A DNA stretch of 60,965 nucleotides, the filler included, from Candidatus Ancaeobacter aquaticus (GTDB lineage Bacteria; Auribacterota; Ancaeobacteria; Ancaeobacterales; Ancaeobacteraceae), in the NCBI GenBank assembly GCA_030765405.1. It is 6 parts of 6 records of this genome, joined end to end, with 100 filler letters (N's around TTAATTAATTAA, not from the genome) between each part and the next. Parts side by side here need not be neighbours in the genome. Positions count along the whole stretch, not along the records: positions 16,917 to 22,404 come from JAVCCP010000021.1; positions 22,505 to 26,632 come from JAVCCP010000063.1; positions 26,733 to 32,596 come from JAVCCP010000058.1; 3 more parts are not named here. One strand, 5' to 3'. A program made the translations under genes and the position numbers. Shown in pieces: positions 19,026 to 29,061 of this stretch; position 1 is the first letter of the stretch, and every line of letters begins with the position of its first letter. The notes below the pieces were generated by a model. That model had not been told where the DNA came from. It saw only the letters and a list, made by a program, of their open reading frames with translations, and searched no databases.

Positions 19026-19703
19026 TTATTTAGTATCTTCTTTTTGCTCTTCTTCTTCGCCCTCAGGCTTCTTCTCTCTAATAACTTCAGGCTCAGCTGT
19101 TTCACCTTCTTCAGCCGGTTTTTCTTCCTCTTCAGCCTTTGGTGCGGACACTGAAAATACCGGAAGTTCAGGATCAGTTAATACCACGACATTTTCCGTA
19201 ACCGGTAAATCTTTTACATATAACGCCTGTCCGATTTCAAGTGCTGAAATATCAATATCGATTTTTTCAGGAATTTCTGTCGGCAAACATTCTACTTCAA
19301 TTTCTCGCAACCCGTGTTCAAGAACACCGCCTGATTTTTCAACACCGACCGCATCTCCTGTCTCATGGATCGGCACGTTTACCTTGATTTTATCCTTAAG
19401 AGATATTTCATGAAAATCAACGTGCAGTATTGTTTCAGCAATCGGATGGCGCTGTACTTCCTGCAAAATAACATCTTTTTCTTTTTCCGCCTCTGCCCCT
19501 TCAATTGCAAGTCTGATAATAAGATTTTCACTACCTGACTGTCTCATCACTTTAGCAAACTCCCGCTCATTAAGCTGAATCATCACAGGATCTTTCCCTT
19601 GACCATACACAATAGCGGGAACAAGTCCTTCGTACCGCATATCATTCAACTCGCCTTTTGTTTTATCTACTCGTAATTGTACCTTCAATTCAATTTGTGC
19701 CAT
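19026..19703 (-). CDS. rplY: 50S ribosomal protein L25/Ctc
   Basis: GLVPAIVYG; VQRHP...LHVDF; EVECLP; PEVI acidic tail. Confidence 0.94.
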   Translation of the reverse strand: MAQIELKVQLRVDKTKGELNDMRYEGLVPAIVYGQGKDPVMIQLNEREFAKVMRQSGSENLIIRLAIEGAEAEKEKDVILQEVQRHPIAETILHVDFHEISLKDKIKVNVPIHETGDAVGVEKSGGVLEHGLREIEVECLPTEIPEKIDIDISALEIGQALYVKDLPVTENVVVLTDPELPVFSVSAPKAEEEEKPAEEGETAEPEVIREKKPEGEEEEQKEDTK

Positions 19704-19755
19704 CTCAAAAACACCCCTTTCATTATCACTATTATATAATTATTATTTCTATTAA

Positions 19756-20694
19756 TTATGCAAACAATGAGCTCACTGATTCGTTTTTATGTATTCTCAT
19801 AATTGCCTCGCCCAAAAGTTTCGCAACGGTAAGAACCTGGATTCTCTTTTCTTGGACTTTATCACCAATAGGAATACTATCGGTGACATTCAATGTTTTT
19901 ATGGGAGATTTTCCTATGCGTTCAAGTGCAGGCCCCACCAAAACCGGGTGCGATATACAGCAATATATATCTTTTGCGCCACGATTTTTGAGTGCTTGCG
20001 CAGCTTCTGTAACAGAACCAGCAGTCGAAATAATATCATCGACTATTACAATATTCCTCCCTTCAACATCACCCATGATATTCATCACTTCAGCTTGTTC
20101 CGAATTCACTCTGCGTTTATCAACAACAGCAAGATCTGCGCCTAAACGTTTTGCAAATGCGCGGGCAGACTTAATCCCACCAACATCAGGTGATACTACG
20201 GTTACATCTTTTAATCCCATACTCTTAAATTCGTCTGCAAACACAGTCGCTGCATATAGATTATCAACCGGAATATCAAAAAAGCCTTGAATCTGGTCAG
20301 TATGCAAATCAAGACATAACACCCTATCAGTCCCTGCTGCAGTAATAAGGTTCGCAACAAGTTTAGCGGTAATAGGGACACGAGGCTGATCTTTTCTGTC
20401 CTGGCGTGCATATCCATAGTAGGGAATAACGGCTGTTATTCGGGATGCTGATGCTCTTCTCAAAGCATCGATCATGATCAAAAGCTCCATAAAACTATCA
20501 TTTGACGGGGGACATGTCGGCTGAACAACAAAGACATCTCTTCCTCTCACATTTTCTTGAATTTTAACAAAAATCTCACCCTCACTGAATTGTGTTACTT
20601 CTGCTTTTCCTACTTCAACACCAATATAATCAGCAATTTTTTGAGTAAGATCCGGATTTGCATTACCAGAAAAGATCTTTAATGCATCTTTCAT
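19756..20694 (-). CDS. prs: Ribose-phosphate pyrophosphokinase
   Basis: PYYGYARQDRK; DLH; VDDIISTAGS. Confidence 0.97.
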   Translation of the reverse strand: MKDALKIFSGNANPDLTQKIADYIGVEVGKAEVTQFSEGEIFVKIQENVRGRDVFVVQPTCPPSNDSFMELLIMIDALRRASASRITAVIPYYGYARQDRKDQPRVPITAKLVANLITAAGTDRVLCLDLHTDQIQGFFDIPVDNLYAATVFADEFKSMGLKDVTVVSPDVGGIKSARAFAKRLGADLAVVDKRRVNSEQAEVMNIMGDVEGRNIVIVDDIISTAGSVTEAAQALKNRGAKDIYCCISHPVLVGPALERIGKSPIKTLNVTDSIPIGDKVQEKRIQVLTVAKLLGEAIMRIHKNESVSSLFA

Positions 20695-20809
20695 TGTTTT
20701 ATCCCCTTGTAATTGTTCTTTAGTTTACAAACTGCTCTTTCGAGCATTTGCTTTCTTTATTTCGCCTCTATTGACCGCTACAATATCGCTCATGTTAAAC
20801 CTGTACTAT

Positions 20810-22081
20810 CTACTCGTCGTTATTTTTTCTCTTTTCACATATCTTTGCAGGAATCCCCGTAACAACTTCTCCTGGTGGCACATCATGGTTTTTTGTTACC
20901 ACTGATCCTGCACCTATTACCGCACCCTTGCCGATCTTAACCGGTGCAACAAGAGTAGAATGTGACCCCGTTGAAGCATTGTCATCAATAACCGTTTGAT
21001 GTTTTTTCTTTCCATCATAATTGGCCGTTATTGTACTTGCCCCAATATTTACCTTTTCACCAATAATCGCGTCCCCAATATATGAGAGATGCTTTGCTTT
21101 TGAATGTTTTCCCACTTTTGAATTTTTCACCTCGGTAAAATTCCCAATCTCAGCACCGTCTTCAAGCACTGTCCCGCTACGCAAATGGGTAAATGGTCCC
21201 ACAGAACAATTTTCGCCAATAACAACCGTTCCGTCAATAACGGTGCAGGGTTCTATCACAGTATCCCGGCCGATTGTAGTGCTCCCTGAGATAAATGTTG
21301 ATTGAGGATCAGATACTGTTACCCCATTATCCATGTGATAATCAATTATTCTTTTCTGAAGACATTTCTGAGCATACGCTAAATCTCTTCTTGAATTAAT
21401 CCCTATTATTTCCTGGCTATCTTCTGTGACGTAGCTTTCTATTAAAAGTTTCTTGCTGTTCATTAATCCAATGATATCGGTTAAATAATATTCTTTTTGC
21501 GCATTATTCGGCTCAATCTTATCAATGAGTGAGAATAGTGCCTGTGCATTAAAACAATATGAACCGGAATTTACTTCCTCAACAGATTTTTCAAATAATG
21601 AAGCATCTTTTTCTTCAACAATTTTTTGTATCTTGCCATTTGCGTTACGCGCAATTCTACCATATCCTGTCGGGTCTTTTAATAATGCTGAGAGACACGT
21701 TGCAGACAACTGTTCTTTTTCGTGTGTATCAATTATTGCTTTTATTGTTTCGCTTTTAATGAGCGGTGCGTCACCACAGAGAACAAGCATGTTTCCAACA
21801 AAATCATTCAATGCAGACTTAACCTGCATGATTGCATGCCCGGTACCTTTCTTCTCATATTGGAAGACATATTCTATCTCAGGATCATTGAGCATGTCCT
21901 TTATTGCATCACCGTTTTTACCCACGACAAGAACGATTCGTTTTATCCCTACCTTTTTAACCGCACTTATTACATAAGATAATATCGGGACATCGCACAG
22001 CTTATGCATTACCTTCGGCAGTTTCGACTTCATGCGAACTCCATCACCTGCCGCTAAAATGACTGCAATCCATTTATCCAT
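20810..22081 (-). CDS. glmU: Bifunctional UDP-GlcNAc pyrophosphorylase / acetyltransferase
   Basis: ILAAGDGVRMKSKLPKV; GYGRI; GNFTEVKNS; HLSYIGDA. Confidence 0.95.
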   Translation of the reverse strand: MDKWIAVILAAGDGVRMKSKLPKVMHKLCDVPILSYVISAVKKVGIKRIVLVVGKNGDAIKDMLNDPEIEYVFQYEKKGTGHAIMQVKSALNDFVGNMLVLCGDAPLIKSETIKAIIDTHEKEQLSATCLSALLKDPTGYGRIARNANGKIQKIVEEKDASLFEKSVEEVNSGSYCFNAQALFSLIDKIEPNNAQKEYYLTDIIGLMNSKKLLIESYVTEDSQEIIGINSRRDLAYAQKCLQKRIIDYHMDNGVTVSDPQSTFISGSTTIGRDTVIEPCTVIDGTVVIGENCSVGPFTHLRSGTVLEDGAEIGNFTEVKNSKVGKHSKAKHLSYIGDAIIGEKVNIGASTITANYDGKKKHQTVIDDNASTGSHSTLVAPVKIGKGAVIGAGSVVTKNHDVPPGEVVTGIPAKICEKRKNNDE

Positions 22082-22256
22082 ATAAACCACTTTAAAAAGT
22101 TCTCATTATATATTGGCTACGCTCAAGATCCACTAAAACAAATTTACATAGATCACATCCCTATAACGAATTATCCCGGATACAGAGGTAAAACATGTTT
22201 AGAAATAGGGATGTAAATATACTATTGTATATTTGAAAAAGCAAGAAGAAAACAAT

Positions 22257-22404
22257 CCCGATAAGCAGTGTAGCGAGGCGGAAAGTGAAACGTGTAGCCG
22301 AACCGCTGTGGTCGGGAACCTAAGCACCTGTGAAGGATGAACGGTTTAGGTGCGCTATGTTTTACCCAAGAAGTCTTCCCAAGGAAATAAGGAATGGCTT
22401 GCAC
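22257..22404 (+). ncRNA. Possible internal (domain I) fragment of a group II intron
   Basis: GGAAAGTGAAACG, CCTAAG...CTATG receptor-like pair, CCT-GTGA-AGG GNRA hairpin; contig breaks here. Confidence 0.4.
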
Positions 22405-22504
22405 NNNNNNNNNNNNNNNNNNNNNNNNNNNNNNNNNNNNNNNNNNNNTTAATTAATTAANNNNNNNNNNNNNNNNNNNNNNNNNNNNNNNNNNNNNNNN
22501 NNNN
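22405..22504. other. Artificial contig linker
   Basis: N44-TTAATTAATTAA-N44. Confidence 0.97.
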
Positions 22505-22618
22505 AATAATTACCCACGCAAGATACTAAATTTTCAATCTGCTCAACAGGGGTTTGAAAGAGAACTTCAGGAGATCGCAGCTTAAATGAAAAATGACCAC
22601 TATTTACGGCATTTAACT

Positions 22619-23473
22619 TTACAATCCACCAACAAATATTATGTTCTGACTAGGCCAACCAACTATTTCACTAAGGCTATAATCCAATTCCCCTAATCGT
22701 AATATGCAAGCAAATATTCTAAAAATACCATATTTATACTTAAATAGTTTTTTTGGCAAATCTTCTAGTAATATGAGTTTTTTATTATTTTTAAATTCAT
22801 ATTTGAATATTTTGTTCTTTTTCTCATTTAAAAATATAATCTCCTTCCCATTATTAGAAAATATTGGAAACAATCCTTTTTCATAACTCTTTTTTAATCT
22901 ACTGTTAATATTATAAGTATTAATTATATTATTATTATCAGAATAAACAATATCTGTATTATTTGGAGCCCAAGAAGGACGATTCCCATTTGTTATTACA
23001 CCCTCAAGTTTAGTGCAATTACTATATTTATTTCGCTTAACAAAATAAACCTCATTAATTTTTTGTTTTTTCTCCCAATATGATCCAATAAATATTAATT
23101 TACTGCCATCAGGAGACCAAACAGCATTTTTGCAATTTACTTCTTTTATCTTTATATAATCAATTATGTTAGAATTAATCTTATCATAGACAGCAATTTC
23201 ACTATCAAAAAAAACGATTCTATCCACTCCAACAACAAATAACTTATTGATATCAGAATAAGAAATTGAATTATATGTATACCCCTTTTTAAAAGATCCA
23301 ATTTTTCTACTTTTATTTATTTCTAAATCTTTTTCTATAAGAATATTATTTTTAAAATAATATACTTGTATTCCTTCCATATTTTTAATTTGAATAGTTT
23401 TAAACTTTACATAAATAAATGATAAAAGAATTATTAAAACTACACTTAGTATCGCATACTTTTTATTCTTCAT
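22619..23473 (-). CDS. TolB/PD40-like beta-propeller protein, very AT-rich
   Basis: N-terminal anchor; WSPDGSKLIF, PSWAP, PIFSNNG repeats. Confidence 0.65.
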   Translation of the reverse strand: MKNKKYAILSVVLIILLSFIYVKFKTIQIKNMEGIQVYYFKNNILIEKDLEINKSRKIGSFKKGYTYNSISYSDINKLFVVGVDRIVFFDSEIAVYDKINSNIIDYIKIKEVNCKNAVWSPDGSKLIFIGSYWEKKQKINEVYFVKRNKYSNCTKLEGVITNGNRPSWAPNNTDIVYSDNNNIINTYNINSRLKKSYEKGLFPIFSNNGKEIIFLNEKKNKIFKYEFKNNKKLILLEDLPKKLFKYKYGIFRIFACILRLGELDYSLSEIVGWPSQNIIFVGGL

Positions 23474-23505
23474 TTCGATTTACTCTTATTCTTTGCTTTT
23501 TATTA

Positions 23506-23937
23506 TCATGCCGCATAACTACTCCATTTACATTCCTCTAGCTTCTTTACCATCCCTGCCCGTACAGGATTCAGTACAATGTAACGACACACTTCCAAGA
23601 AATATTTATCCTTATCTACTAAAATGGATTTATATCTCCCTTGGAATACATGACCAACCTTTCGATGACAACGGTTAAAAGATTGGGTGTATATTCCATT
23701 AAGTTGTCGCATAAATAATGAAAGATTACTTTTTGGGGTTTCAATCAATAGGTGATAATGATTTGAAATTAGGCAATAAGCATAACAGACTACATGATAT
23801 CGATCTAACTGATCCTTTAGAATCTCTAAAAATAATATCCTATCTTTATCATCTAAATAAATATCTTCTCGCCCATCGCCTCTAAATGTGATGTGGTATA
23901 CAGCTCCTTGATATTGAACTCTTAACGGTCGTGCCAT
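23506..23937 (-). mobile_element. RAYT / Y1 transposase, short or truncated
   Basis: MARPLR..YHIT.RG; HUH motif NHYHLL; YIVLNPVRAG; WSSY. Confidence 0.9.
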
Positions 23938-23943
23938 ATATAC

Positions 23944-23972
23944 AATGTAACAAATTAAAATTCACAATTCAA
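23944..23972 (-). promoter_or_regulatory. Sigma70-type promoter of second RAYT
   Basis: Minus strand TTGAAT-17 bp-TACATT, ATG 6 nt downstream; abuts GGGGTCAGGTC end. Confidence 0.6.
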
Positions 23973-24210
23973 GACCTGACCCCTAATTCGTTGCAATAAG
24001 CGTAACAGATTACATGATATCGATCTAACTGCTCCTTTAGTATCTCTAGAAATAATATCCTATCTTTATCATCTAAATAAATATTTTCTCGCGCATCGCC
24101 TCTAGATGTGATGTGGGATACAGCTCCTTGATATTGAATTCTTAACGGTCGTGCCATATATACAATGTAACAAATTAAAATTCACAATTCAAGACCTGAC
24201 CCCTAATTCG
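23969..24210 (-). pseudogene. Diverged tandem duplicate of RAYT left end plus first ~55 codons
   Basis: 220-bp period (23773-23990 vs 23993-24210) with several substitutions. Confidence 0.88.
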
Positions 24211-24314
24211 TTCTATTTGACAAACTTAATAATTGAGTGATCCGTCCCCAGAATTCAACCACAGCTGGAGCAATAGAAATAAATGGTCGCTGTCCCTATT
24301 TGTTTCGGCATCGT

Positions 24315-24530
24315 TTATAAAGAAGATAGAAAATCTGCAACGGCCATTATTGTAATAATTATCATTAGAACAATGCTTATCATCCAAACTACACGGTATT
24401 TTCTTAATTGTTCTTTAGAATAATTTTTAATTTTTTGCATATACTTTGCCTTAACCAAATTATATATACATAAAACAAGACCACAAAAACAAATTATCGT
24501 CCATATTAAATAAAATACTTTAGAAAACAT
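24315..24530 (-). CDS. Small two-TM protein, candidate RHS immunity
   Basis: Two hydrophobic helices; downstream of RHS toxin. Confidence 0.5.
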   Translation of the reverse strand: MFSKVFYLIWTIICFCGLVLCIYNLVKAKYMQKIKNYSKEQLRKYRVVWMISIVLMIIITIMAVADFLSSL

Positions 24531-24531
24531 G

Positions 24532-24723
24532 CTATCCTTGCCTTCGTGGAATATTAAAAACTTTGAATAGATAATTTATTAACTTACACAACAAGATAAA
24601 TAGTATAAAAGCAATTATAAATGCTATAGCAACAAAAACTATCGAAACACCTTTTATAACTAACAACATACACCCAAATAGACTTGAAATAAAAAATATT
24701 ATTAAAGTGTTTTTTTGCTTCAT
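24532..24723 (-). CDS. Small hydrophobic protein, candidate RHS immunity
   Basis: Starts 37 bp after RHS stop; two hydrophobic segments. Confidence 0.5.
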   Translation of the reverse strand: MKQKNTLIIFFISSLFGCMLLVIKGVSIVFVAIAFIIAFILFILLCKLINYLFKVFNIPRRQG

Positions 24724-24760
24724 TTGTTTTCTCTCTTACATTCCCAATTAATTAAAACAA

Positions 24761-26632
24761 TCACTTACTAAATTCTTTCGCTATACTTTGTGAAATATGA
24801 TCTATGACTTTACCAGCCTTTGCTGGAGTCGAAGTCCCCCATCCATTTTCATCTGTTAAAACTCCCACGATGCTTGGTTTCGTCGCCTCTGATTCAGATA
24901 TTCCTGCCAATCCCTGAATAATAGTCACTGAACTAGAAATTACATCACATGTCCCTTTTGCTATAATTACCCCACCTATAATATCCATAGGTCCAGGTAT
25001 TACTGAATCGCCCTGCGTTATAACTAACCCTCCGATTATCTGCCCAAAACCCTTTTTTGCACCCCTGACTCCTCCATTTACAGTTTCCCATTCAATATTT
25101 TCCAGCCATCCTTCTTCTTCCCCACTTTTTCTATCTTCTCTATCCAACCCCAACGGATCAACCCAATTCACTGGATTATTCATACAGTATATATATCTAT
25201 TTATCCCATCAGGCATACCCAGCGGATCCTGCTGTGTGAACCTACCTAATTCAGGATTATAGTATCTTGCTCGGTAATAGTAAAGACCTGAACTTGCGTC
25301 ATATTCTCTGCCGGTAAATCCATAATATTTCGGTTCCTCTACCGGAGAACCAAATGAACTATATGTATATCTCTTTGTAACCTTTCCACTATCATCTAAT
25401 GACGCTGTAACAGAACCAAGCCCATCATGTGAAAAGTATTCTTTCACATTTCCAATAACGTTTTTTACTGCAATCACCTCATCAATACCTACCCCAAAGA
25501 TAAATCTCTTTTTGATCTCACCCTGACTGTCTGTCTCAGCTATCCTATTCAGACCATCATATATATACCTTGTTTCATATCCCCACTCTTTCTTCACGAT
25601 CCTACGCCCAAATAGATCATAAGAAAAACTGGCAATATCATCTTTCCCACTTATCATTTTACTCAGCTTATTATCCGCATTATATTCATACATTATTTCT
25701 CTATCCGGAGAAACTTCCTGCACAAGATTTCCGATTTCATCATATTCATAGCTGGACGTATCTACTTTTGAATTCCCATCAGTTTGTGTCTCTTTAGATA
25801 TCAACTGATTTGCCGCATTATATGAATAACTCTCTTTCGTATCCCCTTCTGTTCCTGTCTTAACTAATCGTACTCTATTTCCGTTTACATCGTACTCGTA
25901 CCGCTCACTTGTTTCATCTGAGTAATCAGCCACAATCAGCTGACTATTGTTATCATACGTATATGTAACCGTACCGCTAATTGTTGTCATAGTTTTACGA
26001 TTACCCACCTTGTCATATTGATACTCATACCTATTCAATACGTCTCCACCAGCGTTTTTTGCCTCTAGCATTGTCATATTATTATTCGCATCATAGGTAT
26101 AACTGGTAACAATACCATTTGAGAGAGACCTTTTTGTCCTCATCCCTACAGCATCATGTTGATACGTCACCGCATCATTTCCATAAACTATTTCCTCAAC
26201 TCGGTTAAGCTTGTCATAACGATATCTGTACAGCACATCTTTACCCAATAATGTTGCAACTTTATTACCATTGAGATCATATTCATAAGAAATTCTTTTC
26301 CCGCCATTATCAACAGAAACGATCCTATTAAACCCATCATATTCCATACTAATATTTTGTTTTCCGGATCCAATATTTACGAGATTCCCATTTTTATCGT
26401 ACCTGTACCCTATGTCACTTTTATCAGCGATCACCTTCTTAACCATCCTGCCATATGGGCCATAATCAAACAATGTTTTGTCACCATTCGCATTAACAAT
26501 GAATAAAAGACTACCCGCCTTATCATAAGAATAGACCTTTTCATTATCCAGTTGATCTCTTTGTTTTATCAATCGGTTAAGAACATCGTACCGATAAAAA
26601 ACTTCTCCACCCTTTGGATCTTTTACCATTAA
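24761..26632 (-). CDS. RHS/YD-repeat protein with C-terminal toxin domain (5' truncated)
   Basis: YD repeats; core FTGREYD..GLYYYRARYY.P.LGRF..QDPLG...NPVNWVDPLG. Confidence 0.93.
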   Translation of the reverse strand, partial: LMVKDPKGGEVFYRYDVLNRLIKQRDQLDNEKVYSYDKAGSLLFIVNANGDKTLFDYGPYGRMVKKVIADKSDIGYRYDKNGNLVNIGSGKQNISMEYDGFNRIVSVDNGGKRISYEYDLNGNKVATLLGKDVLYRYRYDKLNRVEEIVYGNDAVTYQHDAVGMRTKRSLSNGIVTSYTYDANNNMTMLEAKNAGGDVLNRYEYQYDKVGNRKTMTTISGTVTYTYDNNSQLIVADYSDETSERYEYDVNGNRVRLVKTGTEGDTKESYSYNAANQLISKETQTDGNSKVDTSSYEYDEIGNLVQEVSPDREIMYEYNADNKLSKMISGKDDIASFSYDLFGRRIVKKEWGYETRYIYDGLNRIAETDSQGEIKKRFIFGVGIDEVIAVKNVIGNVKEYFSHDGLGSVTASLDDSGKVTKRYTYSSFGSPVEEPKYYGFTGREYDASSGLYYYRARYYNPELGRFTQQDPLGMPDGINRYIYCMNNPVNWVDPLGLDREDRKSGEEEGWLENIEWETVNGGVRGAKKGFGQIIGGLVITQGDSVIPGPMDIIGGVIIAKGTCDVISSSVTIIQGLAGISESEATKPSIVGVLTDENGWGTSTPAKAGKVIDHISQSIAKEFSK

Positions 26633-26732
26633 NNNNNNNNNNNNNNNNNNNNNNNNNNNNNNNNNNNNNNNNNNNNTTAATTAATTAANNNNNNNNNNNN
26701 NNNNNNNNNNNNNNNNNNNNNNNNNNNNNNNN
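26633..26732. other. Artificial contig linker
   Basis: N44-TTAATTAATTAA-N44. Confidence 0.97.
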
Positions 26733-26922
26733 GAGTGTGGTTGTGATCTTGTCCTTCGCGAGGAAGATGGTCTTATATTTGTTTCCTGTGTAGATTGTTC
26801 CTTTTGTGAATGTTAGCAGTTTTCTTATTGAGGGCTGCGCATTCATTATCACGCAGAGAAGGGAGTTCGTTATGTTATATATATTTACTGTTACACGTTT
26901 CTGCTTTTGGGGTTTCGTAGGT

Positions 26923-27240
26923 ATGTTTGGTATTGCTCCTAGAGATGTTAGGAGGAAGGGTAGGTATTTGTATAGGGAGGTTACTGATTGTCGTGGTATT
27001 TATCATTGGAGGCGTACCATTAATAGAGATTATAGAAGATATTATCGTTTTATACGTAAGCATGGTGGTGTTGAGGGGTTTCTTAGTGCGCCGTGGCATC
27101 CATGGTTTTGTTACCGCATTGCTACGGAGACAGGTTTATGGGAGTTTGATAGTAGGGACAGGAGTTATCGTCTTTTACAGTTGAGGGGTAAAATTATTTA
27201 CCCCTCTAAATACTCTAAGTTCATAAAAGCATTTAGTTAG
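26923..27240 (+). CDS. Hypothetical basic/aromatic protein
   Basis: 105-aa ORF in a C-poor region; its 3' part is duplicated at 29061. Confidence 0.4.
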   Translation: MFGIAPRDVRRKGRYLYREVTDCRGIYHWRRTINRDYRRYYRFIRKHGGVEGFLSAPWHPWFCYRIATETGLWEFDSRDRSYRLLQLRGKIIYPSKYSKFIKAFS

Positions 27241-27392
27241 TATCTCGGGCATTTGTTTACCTTCTACTTATTCTTTTAAACTCATAATGATATGTGTATT
27301 TCCTTTTATATAGAACTCTGTACAATAAGATATTAGCCGCACATTATGTAATAGTATCCATTATGGAAGGGATTATTAATAAAAATAATAAG
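27110..27392 (+). repeat. Diverged direct repeat, copy 1 (upstream of cassettes)
   Basis: Aligns with 29061-29343; contains GAGGGGTAAA-N4-TTTACCCCTC hairpin. Confidence 0.9.
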
Positions 27393-27450
27393 AAATATTT
27401 GCCTTATATGATAAAATGTTCCTATGCTATGGAATTTATATAATAATATG

Positions 27451-28272
27451 TTAGCGAGATAGAAATCCAGTAATCATAAAGCCAACTGAAACACCAAGTC
27501 TGAACGTTATCCACATCAGAATGAAAAGAGAGGAAAACGAATAATGAAAGTAGCTATATTTGGTTTTGGGATTGTAGCCACTCTTCTTCTTTTTACTGCC
27601 GGAATAATTTATAATTCTCATCGTGTTGCCGCAGTATGGGTAATATTTTTAACCATCGTAACTTATGCTCTTTCGTTTGCTCTTTATTGGCATAATGACA
27701 TCAAATCAAATCCAAAACTTAAAGAACCAATGTTTTCTGAGAACGTCGATAATTTTTCTTTCTCTCTTGGAGAACGAGGGATTACCGTTGAGTTCAAAAA
27801 AGAAGTTTTAGAAAAAGAACACATGAACAATCTATTCGTATTTAGTAATTACCGTCCGGTTGAATTATATATTGAAGGGGGCCAATTGTACGCTGATGTT
27901 AAAATTTATGGTGGTAGTGGTCTTTCTCCAATAGAAATCAAAAAAAACAAACTTTCAAACAAGCCTTCCAATTGGGATTTTAATTCAAATGAAACCGCTC
28001 TTGAGATCGTGGACAATACACAAACTCCAATCTATCAATTCTTCTATAAAAACAAATCGCACATCGTAATGAATGGCATTTTTCCTTTCCCAGGTGGGTT
28101 GATTCTTGCTAGTGAAAACGGGGCAACCATTAATCCAACATTGCCAACAAATTTCTCATTAAAACGCATTTTTAAATATCCGTCTTGGCAATATCCTGGT
28201 GAATATGAAAAAAATCGCTAACCAGCGGGTGAACTTGACGGCTAAAAAAACCGCCGAAAGTTACCCTTATTG
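27451..28272 (+). mobile_element. Integron gene cassette 1
   Basis: Starts G|TTAGCGA (27450); complementary TCGCTAAC (28215-28222) opens an attC ending G|TTAGAA (28272). Confidence 0.85.
27544..28221 (+). CDS. Hypothetical membrane-anchored cassette protein
   Basis: N-terminal TMs; stop codon inside attC R''. Confidence 0.7.
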   Translation: MKVAIFGFGIVATLLLFTAGIIYNSHRVAAVWVIFLTIVTYALSFALYWHNDIKSNPKLKEPMFSENVDNFSFSLGERGITVEFKKEVLEKEHMNNLFVFSNYRPVELYIEGGQLYADVKIYGGSGLSPIEIKKNKLSNKPSNWDFNSNETALEIVDNTQTPIYQFFYKNKSHIVMNGIFPFPGGLILASENGATINPTLPTNFSLKRIFKYPSWQYPGEYEKNR

Positions 28273-29061
28273 TTAGAACTGAAAAATATGACAAAACATT
28301 GTTATAGTATTTCAAAATTTAAAACTTTTAGCCATGAACAAGCTAAAGAAATATTTCCTGATAATTTCCGGATTAAGATAGAGAATGGAAAATATTTTCT
28401 TATCGTTGAAACGATGAGTGGGTTAGATAGGGACGTTTTTATTGAAGTTCAGAAAGAGTGTGACAGGATTTTTTTTCTGACAGGTGAACAGCTCAACCCA
28501 CAATTTGAATGGAAAAAAAATGATGATGGGGTAACGACTCGACTACAATCTTTTCGTAATGATTTCAGATGTGTTGAAAAAATTCCCGACAATTCAACCA
28601 AGCAGCAGTGGACTCCATGTTTGACAGTTCAATTACGATTATGGCAGCTTGCTAAATTACCTGATTTACCAATTGCCGCAATGGTAAATCTACTATTCCA
28701 AATTGTCGAAATTGCTTTTCCAGATAAAAAGCAATACCCTAAATACGTTAATTCAAATATTCCCCCCGATTCTAAGAGAGAATCATTTCTTTTGAGGGAT
28801 TTAGTAAGCCATAGTGGGGCAATAATGTATAGTGATCAGCTTAAAGAATATTGTAAATTTCTAAATATCGAGAGAACTTTTCACGATCCTACAGATGTAA
28901 ATTTTACAAAAGCTATAAGGAGACGCTTTAACATAGTGGAAGATGAAGCGCGCAAAGTTATAAGCGAACAAATAACTTTAAATGAATAAAAAGTTCTAAC
29001 CAGTCATTCCCCCAGACCTTTTATGCGGCTTCGCCATTCCAATGGCGAGTGAATTCTGATG
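28273..29061 (+). mobile_element. Integron gene cassette 2
   Basis: Starts G|TTAGAAC; ends with GTTCTAAC (28993) attC closing at G|TTAC (29061). Confidence 0.82.
28288..28989 (+). CDS. Hypothetical cassette protein with RxxxxH (HEPN-like) motif
   Basis: LLRDLVSHS near the C-terminus. Confidence 0.55.
   Translation: MTKHCYSISKFKTFSHEQAKEIFPDNFRIKIENGKYFLIVETMSGLDRDVFIEVQKECDRIFFLTGEQLNPQFEWKKNDDGVTTRLQSFRNDFRCVEKIPDNSTKQQWTPCLTVQLRLWQLAKLPDLPIAAMVNLLFQIVEIAFPDKKQYPKYVNSNIPPDSKRESFLLRDLVSHSGAIMYSDQLKEYCKFLNIERTFHDPTDVNFTKAIRRRFNIVEDEARKVISEQITLNE

Noticed and set aside
22222..22404. glmS ribozyme or 60-aa ORF upstream of glmU
   Set aside because: Core glmS motifs such as GACGAGG were not found on the coding strand; the ORF looks like a shadow of structured RNA on the other strand.
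26733..27450. Integron integrase upstream of the cassettes
   Set aside because: No tyrosine-recombinase motifs in any frame; the minus-strand ORF from 27252 is only 25 codons.
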